The notes under the pieces: model-generated
What the model saw: the letters and a program-made list of their open reading frames with translations, nothing else
The model's database searches: none
What the model was told of the DNA's origin: nothing
Shown: positions 27,544 through 36,995 of the stretch, piece after piece
Layout of the letters: the number at the start of each line of letters is the position of its first letter
How positions within the stretch are numbered: position 1 is the stretch's first letter
NCBI GenBank assembly: GCA_009923685.1
Contig: RFTA01000001.1
Location: forward strand, 1 to 58,187
DNA: 58,187 bases
Origin: Actinomycetota bacterium
Lineage (GTDB): Bacteria > Actinomycetota > Acidimicrobiia > Acidimicrobiales > Ilumatobacteraceae
Direction: 5' to 3'
Translations under genes and position numbers: made by a program

Positions 27544-29429
27544 GCCAAGAATTCTTTCGCTCTTTCTGGTTTCGATGTGAACTCCATAGGCGGCAACATT
27601 CCGACAATTGATTTGCCGTAGCCCTTCGTCACGAGTCTTGGGTCGAGAATGGCGACAACACCCATGTCTGTTTGAGTGCGAATTAGACGACCGGCAGCCT
27701 GAGCCAACTTGGTTGCCGCAATTGGTATGTCTATGGCAGTAAATGCCGATTTGCCATAAGCGTCGCGACGTGCGCTCATCAACGGATCTGTAGGCACCGG
27801 AAACGGAAGGCGATCAATTATCACGAGACTTAGCGTTTGGCCAGGTACGTCTACTCCTTGAAAGAAGCTTTGAGTCGCGAAGAGGCATGTTGCCTCGCTT
27901 TCGGCAAATTTTCGTAGCAGTTCCATTTTCGGCAAGTCGTCTTGCTTGAGAACTTTGAAATCAAGTTTGCGCTCGAGCTCTTCGTAGGCGGCATTGAGTC
28001 GCGCATAACTCGTGAACAACGCGAGAGTTCTGCCTCCGGCCGCGTTGATCAATTCTTCAATTTCTCGATGTACGACCTTGTCCCGCATGCCTTGTGCAGG
28101 GTCTGGCAAATGAGCGGCGCAATAAAGAAGTGAATTGTTTTCATAATCAAATGGACTCGCAACATGGCATGAATCAAAACTCTCGATCGGTAGACCAAGT
28201 CTTTCGGGCAAATTCGTCGGAATCGTCGCACTTGTGAGAATCGCTGTTCTCTGCGACCAAACCGACTCTTGAAGTGCCGCGCCTACGTTCAACGGACGCA
28301 TCTCAAGAGAGCATCGCTCGGCAGAACCCGCGATATAGGCGACATAGCCGTTGCGATCGGTGAGCGCCAGGTCAAGGTCTTCGATAAATCGAGTGCACAA
28401 TGATTGTGCACGAAGTTTTCTCTGCTTTGCTGCCTCATCATTTGTGACAATCGTTCGCAACGACTCGAGCACCTCGCTCGCGCGACCGCGCACTTCGATC
28501 AGTGTCTCGCGAGATTCATTTTCGAGGGGTAGGGCAACCCGCTTGTTCAAAAACGGCACGATGGCGTCACGCAATCTAGAAGCACTTTTTGCAAACCCCC
28601 CTGACATGGCATCGTCTCTGATTATCGAGCGCATCGCCGAACCAATAGTCGTGATTCGACTTGGCGAAATTGCGAGCCCGACTGAGTCGGTCACAACATC
28701 TTCAAGTTCATGAGCCTCGTCGAAAATTACGACATCATGCTCGCCAATTATCGTGCCTTCAGTAACGATGTCCAATGCGTAGAGCCAGCCATTGACAATG
28801 ACAATGTCAGAAGTTTGGCTTTGATTGCGTGCACGCTCAGAGAAACAACTCTCGCCAAATGGACATCGAGATGCTCCGGGGCATTCTTCGCTCGACACGC
28901 TGACCATCGACCAAGCATTGCGTTGTGGTTGCCAATCAAGTTCACCTTCGTCACCCGTATTCGTGGTTTCTGCCCACTCGCATAGTTTTCTGACATCGGC
29001 CTTTGTCTTGGCCGAAAGATCGTCAAGTTCGAGTCGAGATTGCGCTCGATCAGCGAGTTCTGCGATTCGTTGTCGACACAAATAGTTGTTGCGTCCTTTG
29101 AGTACGGTCCAAGTGAGTTCGCTTTCACGCGTCGGATTGAGCGACTTGGCGAGCAGCGGCAGATCATTTTGTGAAAGTTGATCTTGCAATGCCTTGGTTA
29201 CTGTAGACACGACAATTCGTCGACCTGAAACAATCGATGGCACCAAATATCCGAGCGTTTTGCCCGTGCCCGTGCCAGCCTGCACTATCAGATGTCGATT
29301 CTTGCGCAACGCACGACCGACCAGTATCGCCATTTCGTCTTGCCCCTGTCGCTCTTCGGCATTCGTAAGTTCGTTGGTGACTCGTCTTAGTGCATCAAGA
29401 ATTTCTTGATCAGCAGAGTTTGTAGGCAT
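27522..29429 (-). CDS. dinG: DinG/XPD-like ATP-dependent DNA helicase with an Fe-S cluster domain
   Basis: 635 aa with Walker A GTGTGKT and the DEAH box VIFDEAHEL. A Cys cluster (CRQR .. CPGASRCPFGESC) lies between motifs I and II. Confidence 0.8.
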   Translation of the reverse strand: MPTNSADQEILDALRRVTNELTNAEERQGQDEMAILVGRALRKNRHLIVQAGTGTGKTLGYLVPSIVSGRRIVVSTVTKALQDQLSQNDLPLLAKSLNPTRESELTWTVLKGRNNYLCRQRIAELADRAQSRLELDDLSAKTKADVRKLCEWAETTNTGDEGELDWQPQRNAWSMVSVSSEECPGASRCPFGESCFSERARNQSQTSDIVIVNGWLYALDIVTEGTIIGEHDVVIFDEAHELEDVVTDSVGLAISPSRITTIGSAMRSIIRDDAMSGGFAKSASRLRDAIVPFLNKRVALPLENESRETLIEVRGRASEVLESLRTIVTNDEAAKQRKLRAQSLCTRFIEDLDLALTDRNGYVAYIAGSAERCSLEMRPLNVGAALQESVWSQRTAILTSATIPTNLPERLGLPIESFDSCHVASPFDYENNSLLYCAAHLPDPAQGMRDKVVHREIEELINAAGGRTLALFTSYARLNAAYEELERKLDFKVLKQDDLPKMELLRKFAESEATCLFATQSFFQGVDVPGQTLSLVIIDRLPFPVPTDPLMSARRDAYGKSAFTAIDIPIAATKLAQAAGRLIRTQTDMGVVAILDPRLVTKGYGKSIVGMLPPMEFTSKPERAKEFLAHAVKSR

Positions 29430-29456
29430 CTAAGTGTCGTTGCGGTGGTTATTCGG

Positions 29457-30125
29457 TTAGCTCGTCACAAGGGCTATCGCGGCGTCGAGTTCAACTGCGT
29501 CAAAATCTGGCCAGGGTCGTTCGGTGAAATAGATCTTTGCTGCGTTGATCTGCCAGAGCAAAAAATTTGAAATTCGTGATTCGCCTGAAGTGCGAACCAG
29601 AACGTCGACCGGGGGAAGCGACTGGTCGTAAAGGTGCGATTGAAGATTTGCAGGTGTTAGTTCGCACCCGCTTTTGACCAGAAGCTTCGCCGCACGTGTG
29701 AGTTCGCTTCGCGAGCCATAGTCGAATGCAACCGTCAGCACCATGCCCGAATTTGACTTCGTGTCGTCGATCGCCTTGCGTATTGCGCGCTGAACATAAA
29801 GCGGTGTTCGTGAGCCCGGCTCATCGAACGGTCTACCTATCCAGTTGACGCGGACATTGTTTTCGTTTAGCTCTGCGATGCGACCAAAGAGTTTTTTGTG
29901 GAGTCCAAGGATGTGACGAACCTCGGCTCGTGGGCGAACCCAGTTTTCGGTTGAAAAACCAAACACGGTCAAATATGCGATCTCGCGTTTTGATGCTGCA
30001 CGAACAATGTCGGCAAGAGCCTCTTCACCTGCCGAGTGCCCAGCGGTACGAGGCAAACCCCGCTTACGGGCCCATCTTCCGTTGCCGTCCATGATGCAAG
30101 CCACATGAAGAGTTTTCGAAATCAT
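29457..30125 (-). CDS. uppS: cis-prenyltransferase (undecaprenyl/decaprenyl-diphosphate synthase family), catalytic motifs intact, C-terminal RXG tail absent
   Basis: 222 aa with IMDGNGRWA, FSTENW and RTSGESRISNFLLWQ. The protein ends ..WPDFDAVELDAAIALVTS, just before the point where E. coli UPPS has ..NRERRFGG. Confidence 0.85.
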   Translation of the reverse strand: MISKTLHVACIMDGNGRWARKRGLPRTAGHSAGEEALADIVRAASKREIAYLTVFGFSTENWVRPRAEVRHILGLHKKLFGRIAELNENNVRVNWIGRPFDEPGSRTPLYVQRAIRKAIDDTKSNSGMVLTVAFDYGSRSELTRAAKLLVKSGCELTPANLQSHLYDQSLPPVDVLVRTSGESRISNFLLWQINAAKIYFTERPWPDFDAVELDAAIALVTS

Positions 30126-30187
30126 TTGCTCAACGCTAACAACTCTGGTTGTCGAGGTGAGTTGTCTGGAAGTGAGAGAATGACATC

Positions 30188-30781
30188 GTGGTTAAAGCGT
30201 CTCGCGATCTGCACGGTGATTTGGCACATATCTTGGTGTGTGCGGGAACCGTGGTTGAGTGGCTGAAAACCACGTCTGATCAATGGAAGGTTCAGATTGA
30301 TGCGTTAGTTCGATCTGTTAGTGGCGTTGGGGTTCGCTGGCTTTCGATTTATCCATACTCTGGTCAGGCCAGCGCCATTGAGCGCACAGAAATTTGCAAT
30401 GCAATAATTTCGGTTTTTGGAGGCCAACGATCAGGTGATCGAGTTTCTGTCATCGCCGATCACGGTTTGGTGGTCGTTGTCGATACTTGTGCAAATGGAC
30501 AAGAACGATTCGTCAACGCGGTCGCACAATTGAGTAGCAGCCAAGAAATTGATGAAGACAAACTCGCAGCGACGCTTCTTTCGCCAGCTTCGGGCGAACC
30601 TGACTTGGTCTTGGTTCTGGGCTCGCCAACTCAGGTGCCTGAATCGTTGATGTGGGAGCTCGCTTATAGCGAACTCGTTTTTCTGAATGTTCCTTGGTTG
30701 CAATGCGATGTTGAGCACATTCAAATGGCGATTGGAGACTTTCAACGTCGTGATCGGCGCTTTGGCGGTGTCGACTCGTGA
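30188..30781 (+). CDS. degenerate UPPS-like paralog (probable non-catalytic cis-prenyltransferase-fold protein) retaining the C-terminal RRFGG
   Basis: 197 aa with a GTG start. HILVCAGTVVEWL aligns with H-IMDGNGRWA, with the Asp and Arg lost. VRWLSIYPYS aligns with the LTLYAFS region. PDLVLVLGSPTQVPESLMWELAYSELVF aligns with DLLIRTSGE-RISNFLLWQ-AYSELYF, with RTSGE lost. The C-terminus is QRRDRRFGG. The stop overlaps the recO GTG (GTGA). Confidence 0.7.
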   Translation: MVKASRDLHGDLAHILVCAGTVVEWLKTTSDQWKVQIDALVRSVSGVGVRWLSIYPYSGQASAIERTEICNAIISVFGGQRSGDRVSVIADHGLVVVVDTCANGQERFVNAVAQLSSSQEIDEDKLAATLLSPASGEPDLVLVLGSPTQVPESLMWELAYSELVFLNVPWLQCDVEHIQMAIGDFQRRDRRFGGVDS

Positions 30782-31503
30782 GTTTATATCGCGACAAGGC
30801 GATCGTTCTTCGTACCTATGATCTACGCGAGTCAGATCGCATCATCGTGATGATGAGCGAAGAACATGGCAAAGTCAGGGCCGTTGCTAACGGTGTACGC
30901 AAGATGTCGTCGCGCTTCGGTGCTCGTTTAGAGCCACTTAGTCACGTCGATGTTTTGTTGAGTCGGGGCAAAGAACTAGACACGGTAAGTCAAGTCGAGT
31001 TGGTTACAAGTGCGAGAGGCTTGTATACCGACCTCGACCGACTTACACGTGGCCTCGCAATGCTCGAAGCCGTCGACCAATTAGGTATGGATGGCGAGCC
31101 AACTCCGCATCTTTACAAGATGTTGGTTGGCGCACTGCAGTGGTTATCTGAAAATGACTCGGCACTCGTACTTGCAGCTTTTTATTTCAAGTTGCTCGTT
31201 GTTGAAGGAGTTGGCGCCCATGTCGACGACTGTGTTGGTTGCGGCGCGCCAGGTGAGAACATTGTCGCGTTTGATTTATTTCGGGGTGGTGGACAATGCC
31301 AAAGTTGCCGAAGCGGTGCAACGATTTCTAATGGTGCGATAAAGATTGTGCAAGACATTGTTGGGGGTCGATTGAACTTGGCTCTTGCTTTACCCGAGAG
31401 CGCCGCGACTCGCGAGGTTTCTGATCTTGCTACACGATGTATGGAGCATCACCTTGAGCGTCGACTGAAGTCGGTCGCGGTGTTTGAGCGTCCAGAGCAT
31501 TAG
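30778..31503 (+). CDS. recO: DNA repair protein RecO
   Basis: 241 aa with the N-terminal OB-fold sequence AIVLRTYDLRESDRI and a zinc-finger CVGCG..CQSC. Confidence 0.85.
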   Translation: MSLYRDKAIVLRTYDLRESDRIIVMMSEEHGKVRAVANGVRKMSSRFGARLEPLSHVDVLLSRGKELDTVSQVELVTSARGLYTDLDRLTRGLAMLEAVDQLGMDGEPTPHLYKMLVGALQWLSENDSALVLAAFYFKLLVVEGVGAHVDDCVGCGAPGENIVAFDLFRGGGQCQSCRSGATISNGAIKIVQDIVGGRLNLALALPESAATREVSDLATRCMEHHLERRLKSVAVFERPEH

Positions 31504-31553
31504 TTTCATTAATTTGACGGCAGTCACGCGGTTTTTTGTAATAGTCTGAACGG

Positions 31554-32861
31554 GTGCCAGCTAAAGATTTAGATCAGGTAGTCAACCTTTGTAAGCGTCG
31601 TGGATTCGTCTATCCAAGCGGCGAAATTTATGGTGGTTTTAGGTCTTCGTATGATTACGGGCCGTTGGGTTCGCTGATGTTGCGCAATGTAAAAGAAGCG
31701 TGGATTCGCACGATGGTGCAACAACGGGACGATGTCGTTTTGATTGACGCGGCAATTCTGGGCGCACCACAGGTTTTCGAGGCAAGCGGCCACTTGAGTA
31801 ACTTCAGCGACCCGTTAGTTGATTGCACGATCTGCAAGCGTCGCTTTCGTCAAGACCAAATTGACGACCGCGATTGTCCTCAATCAAAGAAGGGCTGCGA
31901 ATTCACTGACGCGCGTGCTTTTAATTTGATGTTCAAGACGCATGCTGGACCGGTCGAAGGCGAAGGTGCGACGGTCTATCTGCGACCAGAGACCGCTCAG
32001 GGCATGTTCGTAAACTTCGCGAATGTCTTGCAAACGAGTCGAAAAAAGCCTCCATTTGGTATTGCGCAAGTCGGCAAGAGTTTTAGAAACGAGATCACAC
32101 CAGGAAATTTCATATTTAGAACAAGAGAGTTTGAGCAAATGGAACTTGAGTTTTTTATTCCGCCCGCTGAGAGCGCTCAATGGTACGAATATTGGTGCAA
32201 TTCACGCATGCGGTGGTATGTCGATCATGGCATCCCTACAGAAATGTTGCGCATTCGTGAGCATGCAAAAGATGAACTGTCGCATTACTCGGCTGGCACG
32301 AGCGATATTGAGTTCTTGTTTCCTTGGGGATGGGGAGAACTCGAAGGTATTGCTCAGAGAACAGACTTTGATTTGAAGCAGCATGCCGAGCATTCAAGAC
32401 AGAAACTCGAATATTTTGACCAGACAACTAACGAGCGATATGTACCATATGTTGTTGAGCCGGCCGCAGGTGCAAACCGCACGATGGCCGCGTTCTTGTT
32501 GGCGGCATATGACGAAGATGTCGTAAATGATGAACCGCGCACAGTGTTGCGTTTGCATCCGAGGTTGGCGCCGTTTCAAATTGCCGTTTTGCCGTTATCG
32601 AAAAAAGACACTCTTATGCCTCTCGCCAAGAAGGTCCATTCGATGCTTGGTGCTAAATACATGTGCGACTTCGATGAAACACAGGCAATTGGTCGCCGCT
32701 ATCGTCGTCAAGATGAGGTCGGTACGCCGTTTTGTGTGACGATCGATTTTGATTCGCTCGAGGATGATTCGGTTACTATTCGCGAGCGAGATTCGACGGC
32801 ACAAAATCGCGTCAAGATTTCAGATTTGATGCAAGAGTTTTCACAAAGATTAGGTTTTTAA
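31554..32861 (+). CDS. glyQS: glycine--tRNA ligase (dimeric class II type)
   Basis: 435 aa with KRRGFVYPSGEIYGG, YLRPETAQG, FRNEITP and a C-terminal anticodon-binding domain. GTG start. Confidence 0.9.
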   Translation: MPAKDLDQVVNLCKRRGFVYPSGEIYGGFRSSYDYGPLGSLMLRNVKEAWIRTMVQQRDDVVLIDAAILGAPQVFEASGHLSNFSDPLVDCTICKRRFRQDQIDDRDCPQSKKGCEFTDARAFNLMFKTHAGPVEGEGATVYLRPETAQGMFVNFANVLQTSRKKPPFGIAQVGKSFRNEITPGNFIFRTREFEQMELEFFIPPAESAQWYEYWCNSRMRWYVDHGIPTEMLRIREHAKDELSHYSAGTSDIEFLFPWGWGELEGIAQRTDFDLKQHAEHSRQKLEYFDQTTNERYVPYVVEPAAGANRTMAAFLLAAYDEDVVNDEPRTVLRLHPRLAPFQIAVLPLSKKDTLMPLAKKVHSMLGAKYMCDFDETQAIGRRYRRQDEVGTPFCVTIDFDSLEDDSVTIRERDSTAQNRVKISDLMQEFSQRLGF

Positions 32862-32911
32862 TTATTCGTTGAAATCACCAAAGTTGTTCTTACCAAAATA
32901 GAGGAGAAAAA

Positions 32912-33217
32912 ATGTCGCAAGTAGCAGTTGTAGTTAAGTTGAAGATCAAAGATGGTCAACGCGATGCAATGACAGACGCAGTTAAGCCCGGCATTGAAAC
33001 TGCAAAAGGCGAGGTCGGCACACGATTTTATGTTTTTCACCACGATGCAGTTGACGCCAACACGGTTTGGTTCTACGAGTTATACGCCGACCAAGAAGCC
33101 GCAAACGCGCACATGGGGTCTGAGGCGTTTAAGTCTTGGTCAATGTCCCTTGCACCATTTGTTGATGGAGCCCCCGAGTTTTCATTCTTGACGCCGATTG
33201 GTGGCAAAGGAGTTTAA
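32912..33217 (+). CDS. ABM-domain (antibiotic biosynthesis monooxygenase / quinol monooxygenase-like) protein
   Basis: 101 aa of ferredoxin-like ABM pattern (..FYELYADQEAANAHMGSEAF..). A GAGGAG RBS precedes ATG 32912. Confidence 0.6.
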   Translation: MSQVAVVVKLKIKDGQRDAMTDAVKPGIETAKGEVGTRFYVFHHDAVDANTVWFYELYADQEAANAHMGSEAFKSWSMSLAPFVDGAPEFSFLTPIGGKGV

Positions 33218-33220
33218 TTT

Positions 33221-33994
33221 TTGTATCTCGACAAGATTCTCGCACAACATCGCGAAGTTGCGTCGCAAGATGCGAGGTCGTTGTCTGAATTAATCGAGAC
33301 GGCCCGTCGAATTGGGTCGTCGCGAGGTTTCGCTGACCGTTTGGCTGTTGATTCTCAAGATTCATTGGCCGTTATCGCAGAAATTAAACGTCGTTCGCCA
33401 TCGCGAGGTGTGCTTGGTGAAGATTTGAAGCCAGATCTCATTGCGCGCGATTATCAAAGCGCCGGTGCAAGTTGTATTTCGGTTCTGACCGATTCTGACT
33501 TTTTTGGTGGTTCTGTCGAAGATTTGCAGCATGCACGAAAGGCGACCGAGTTGCCCGTCTTGCGAAAAGACTTCACGGTTTCTTTGCAAGACATTTGCGA
33601 CGCAAAAATTATGGGCGCCGATTGCATTTTATTGATCGTCGCCGCCCTCACTAAATCTGAACTTCTTGATTTTCATCAGTTTGCAAAAGAGTTGGGACTC
33701 GACGTTTTGGTTGAAATACACGACGAACCTGAATTAGAGATAGCCATCGAAATCGAATCCGAATTGGTTGGTGTTAATCAAAGAGACCTCAAAACATTCG
33801 AAGTCGATCAGAAGCGAGCAGTGCGGATGGCGGCAAAGATCCCAAGTGGTGTTCTGCGAGTTGCAGAATCTGGAGTACGAACCCGAAGTGATGCTCAGCA
33901 ATTGCGTGACGCTGGTTATGATGCGATTCTTGTTGGTGAGACCCTTGTGACTTCGGCTGATATCACAAAAACTCTCAGCGAATTGCGCGTCTAA
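33221..33994 (+). CDS. trpC: indole-3-glycerol-phosphate synthase
   Basis: 257 aa with IAEIKRRSPS, LRKDF and LVEIHD. The TTG start lies 3 nt after the previous stop. Confidence 0.9.
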   Translation: MYLDKILAQHREVASQDARSLSELIETARRIGSSRGFADRLAVDSQDSLAVIAEIKRRSPSRGVLGEDLKPDLIARDYQSAGASCISVLTDSDFFGGSVEDLQHARKATELPVLRKDFTVSLQDICDAKIMGADCILLIVAALTKSELLDFHQFAKELGLDVLVEIHDEPELEIAIEIESELVGVNQRDLKTFEVDQKRAVRMAAKIPSGVLRVAESGVRTRSDAQQLRDAGYDAILVGETLVTSADITKTLSELRV

Positions 33995-34666
33995 ATGTTC
34001 ATCAAAATTTGCGGTATTACGAATGAGCAAGATGCGCTTCTTGCCGTTGCTCTTGGCGCCGATGCCTTAGGTTTCGTCTTCGCACCTTCACCCCGACAAG
34101 TTGCGCCGCAACGAGTCAAAGAAATAGTGCGACGTCTGCCACAGAGTGTCCTGACAGTTGGGGTGTTTCGCGACGAGCACCCACAGCGTGTAATCGACAC
34201 GGTACGAGAAGCCGGCGTGTTTGGCGCTCAACTTCATGGTCACGAGTCGGCCGCGAATGTTGCCGAAGTGATGGTTGATATTAAGTGGGTGGTCAAAGCA
34301 GTCGTCGCGGGTTCGGTCGAAGCCAAGAACGCCGATAGTTATTTGACCGATTTGATATTGGTTGATGCACCGAATCCAGGTTCGGGTACGCCATATGAAT
34401 TGGATCTTTTGGGTGAAATGCCTCAGTCGGTTCGTATTTTGCTCGCCGGAGGTCTTGCCGCCGAAAACGTCGCAACAGCAATTGCGCAAGTTTCACCGTG
34501 GGGCGTCGACGTGTCTTCAGGAGTCGAAAAGAGTCATGGCTACAAAGACCCGATCAAACTTAAGAGGTTCATAGAAAACGCTCGCGATGCATTTGACGAC
34601 TTTGACCGCGGTGTCCTTGGCGAAGAAGAACGATTTAGCAACAAGCCCTTTAATTGGGAATCTTAA
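33995..34666 (+). CDS. trpF: phosphoribosylanthranilate isomerase
   Basis: 223 aa beginning MFIKICGIT, with GADALGFVF and QLHG. It starts immediately after the trpC stop. Confidence 0.85.
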   Translation: MFIKICGITNEQDALLAVALGADALGFVFAPSPRQVAPQRVKEIVRRLPQSVLTVGVFRDEHPQRVIDTVREAGVFGAQLHGHESAANVAEVMVDIKWVVKAVVAGSVEAKNADSYLTDLILVDAPNPGSGTPYELDLLGEMPQSVRILLAGGLAAENVATAIAQVSPWGVDVSSGVEKSHGYKDPIKLKRFIENARDAFDDFDRGVLGEEERFSNKPFNWES

Positions 34667-34696
34667 GACCTGATAGTCGGGATACATTTAGTCTCC

Positions 34697-35887
34697 ATGA
34701 ACGCAAAACCCGTGCCAACTGAATTATTGACACCAGGTGCTGACGGTCGGTTTGGTGAATTCGGCGGGCGATTCGTGCCCGAAACTTTGGTGCCAGCGTG
34801 TGAAGAACTAGAGCGAGCCTTCACTGATGCGTGGAGTGATTCGCTTTTTAGAACCGAACTTGATGACTTGCTGCGTGAATATGCAGGGCGTCCATCAATT
34901 TTGACAGAGTGTCATAATCTTGGTGCGCAACTTGGTATTCGGCTGATTCTCAAACGTGAAGATTTAAACCACACTGGATCGCATAAAATTAATAGTGTTT
35001 TGGGTCAAGCGTTACTTGCCAAACGAATGGGTAAGAAGCGAATCATTGCCGAGACAGGCGCGGGACAACATGGGGTCGCGTCGGCAACTGCGGCCGCACT
35101 GCTTGGTCTTGAGTGCAAGGTCTATATGGGTGCGGTTGATGTTGAGCGTCAGTCGTTGAATGTCTTTCGAATGAAGCTTCTGGGTGCAACTGTCGAAGCT
35201 GCAAATTCTGGCAGCAGAACTTTGAAAGATGCTGTCAATGAAGCAATGCGTGATTGGGTCGCAAGTGTCGAGACGAGTTATTACTGCATTGGTTCTGTAA
35301 TGGGTCCTCATCCATATCCGTTCATGGTCCGTCAATTTCAGAGTGTTATCGGTCGTGAGGCACGCAAACAATTTCAACAGATGTGCGACGGTGCTGACCC
35401 GAATGTCGTCGTGGCATGCGTCGGCGGCGGGTCAAACGCGATGGGCATTTTTTCTGGTTTTATTGATGCAAAGACACGGTTGATCGGCGTTGAACCCGCA
35501 GGTGGCGCGGCGGTTGGTCGTGGCACACCTGGCGTAGTTCACGGTATGAAGAGTTACTTGATGCAAGATGAATATGGTCAGGTGCAAGAGGCTCACTCGA
35601 TCAGCGCCGGTCTTGACTATCCAGGTGTTGGTCCTGAGCACTCGTATCTTGCGTCTGTGGGTCGCGCCGAGTATCCAAGCGTCAATGATCAAGAGGTGAT
35701 CGAAGGCTTCAAATTATTGGCTCGCACCGAAGGCATTATTCCGGCACTTGAATGCGCGCACGCTGTCGCGTGGATCGCCAAAGAGTCACCAAAAATTCAA
35801 GGGCAAACAGTGCTCATGAATTTGTCTGGTCGTGGAGATAAAGATGTCGCTCAAATGATGACGATTCTCGGCAACGAGTTGGACTGA
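34697..35887 (+). CDS. trpB: tryptophan synthase beta chain
   Basis: 396 aa with the PLP-lysine motif [10 protein letters not shown], plus GAGQHG and GGGSNAMG. Confidence 0.95.
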   Translation: MNAKPVPTELLTPGADGRFGEFGGRFVPETLVPACEELERAFTDAWSDSLFRTELDDLLREYAGRPSILTECHNLGAQLGIRLILKREDLNHTGSHKINSVLGQALLAKRMGKKRIIAETGAGQHGVASATAAALLGLECKVYMGAVDVERQSLNVFRMKLLGATVEAANSGSRTLKDAVNEAMRDWVASVETSYYCIGSVMGPHPYPFMVRQFQSVIGREARKQFQQMCDGADPNVVVACVGGGSNAMGIFSGFIDAKTRLIGVEPAGGAAVGRGTPGVVHGMKSYLMQDEYGQVQEAHSISAGLDYPGVGPEHSYLASVGRAEYPSVNDQEVIEGFKLLARTEGIIPALECAHAVAWIAKESPKIQGQTVLMNLSGRGDKDVAQMMTILGNELD

Positions 35888-35897
35888 AGAGAAGCCA

Positions 35898-36707
35898 ATG
35901 ATGAAGAATGCAGCGCATAATCATGGCATTCTTGAGTCTCGACTTCGGCAACTTCGTAGTGATGGTCGCAAAATTCTTGTTCCATATATCACTGGTGGGT
36001 TGACCGGGTGGTTGGACGCAATTCGTGGCGCGGCTGCAAGCGGAGCTGATGCAATTGAAATTGGTATTCCATTCTCTGACCCCGTGATGGACGGGCCGAT
36101 TATTCAGATGGCTTCTGAAAAAGCCTTGCGCGATGGTGCGACGCCAAATTCAATTCTGCACGAATTGAGAACTGTTGACGTCGATGTGCCATTGATTGTC
36201 ATGTGCTACTACAACACCGTGTTTCGTGCCGGTCACGACCGATTCGCGAACTCGCTGCGCGATTGCGGTGTTGTCGCTGCAATCGTGCCCGACCTACCTC
36301 TTGAAGAATCGTCGATATGGGCAACCGCCGCCGACAGTGCGAAAATCGAAACTGTAATGCTGGCCGCACCAACTGCGCCAGATGAGAGATTGCCTCGTGT
36401 CGTCGAACGAGCAAGAGGCTTTGTTTACGCAGTCGGGCTGTTGGGTGTAACAGGCGAGCGTACCGAACTTGCAACCACCGCTGTGGCAATGGCGACTCGT
36501 CTTAAAAAGATCACCGATATCCCGGTTCTTGTTGGTGTCGGAGTTTCGAACGCCGAGCAAGCGAAACAGGCGTGCAGTGTCGCAGATGGTGTTATTCAAG
36601 GTGCCTCAGTTGTTCGTCGCCTATTAGAAGAAGGGGTTGATTCGGTCGCGCAATACGTTGCCGAGGTACGCACCGCAATTGATAGCTCTTTAGTCTCAAA
36701 ACGCTAA
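35898..36707 (+). CDS. trpA: tryptophan synthase alpha chain
   Basis: 269 aa with IEIGIPFSDPVMDGP and GVTG. Confidence 0.9.
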   Translation: MMKNAAHNHGILESRLRQLRSDGRKILVPYITGGLTGWLDAIRGAAASGADAIEIGIPFSDPVMDGPIIQMASEKALRDGATPNSILHELRTVDVDVPLIVMCYYNTVFRAGHDRFANSLRDCGVVAAIVPDLPLEESSIWATAADSAKIETVMLAAPTAPDERLPRVVERARGFVYAVGLLGVTGERTELATTAVAMATRLKKITDIPVLVGVGVSNAEQAKQACSVADGVIQGASVVRRLLEEGVDSVAQYVAEVRTAIDSSLVSKR

Positions 36708-36716
36708 ATTATTGCC

Positions 36717-36995
36717 ATGTTGATAACAGGCGACAAAGCACCGAATCTCGCTTTGTTTGATCAAAACGAAAAAAAGGTATCCCTCAAAGACTTCGCCAAA
36801 AAAAAGGTCCTGATTTATTTTTATCCGAAGGCTGATACCCCGGGTTGCACAATGCAATCCAAGCAGTTGAATTTCGAAAAAAAATACGGGCTTGGCTTTA
36901 CATTGCTTTCAGATCCCGAGCATAAGGTCGCCAAGGCGTACAAAATTTCTCCAAAAGATACGCCGAAAAATCTGCTTAAGGCCCTTGAAAAGTGA
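36717..36995 (+). pseudogene. relic of a Bcp/peroxiredoxin gene (internally deleted and C-terminally truncated, still an open 92-aa frame)
   Basis: The ORF keeps VLIYFYPKADTPGCT and the later FTLLSDPEHKVAKAY block. About 25 aa normally between them are missing, as is the last ~60 aa of Bcp. It contains three A7-A8 tracts (36769-75, 36798-805, 36877-84). The stop overlaps the fabZ GTG (GTGA). Confidence 0.5.
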
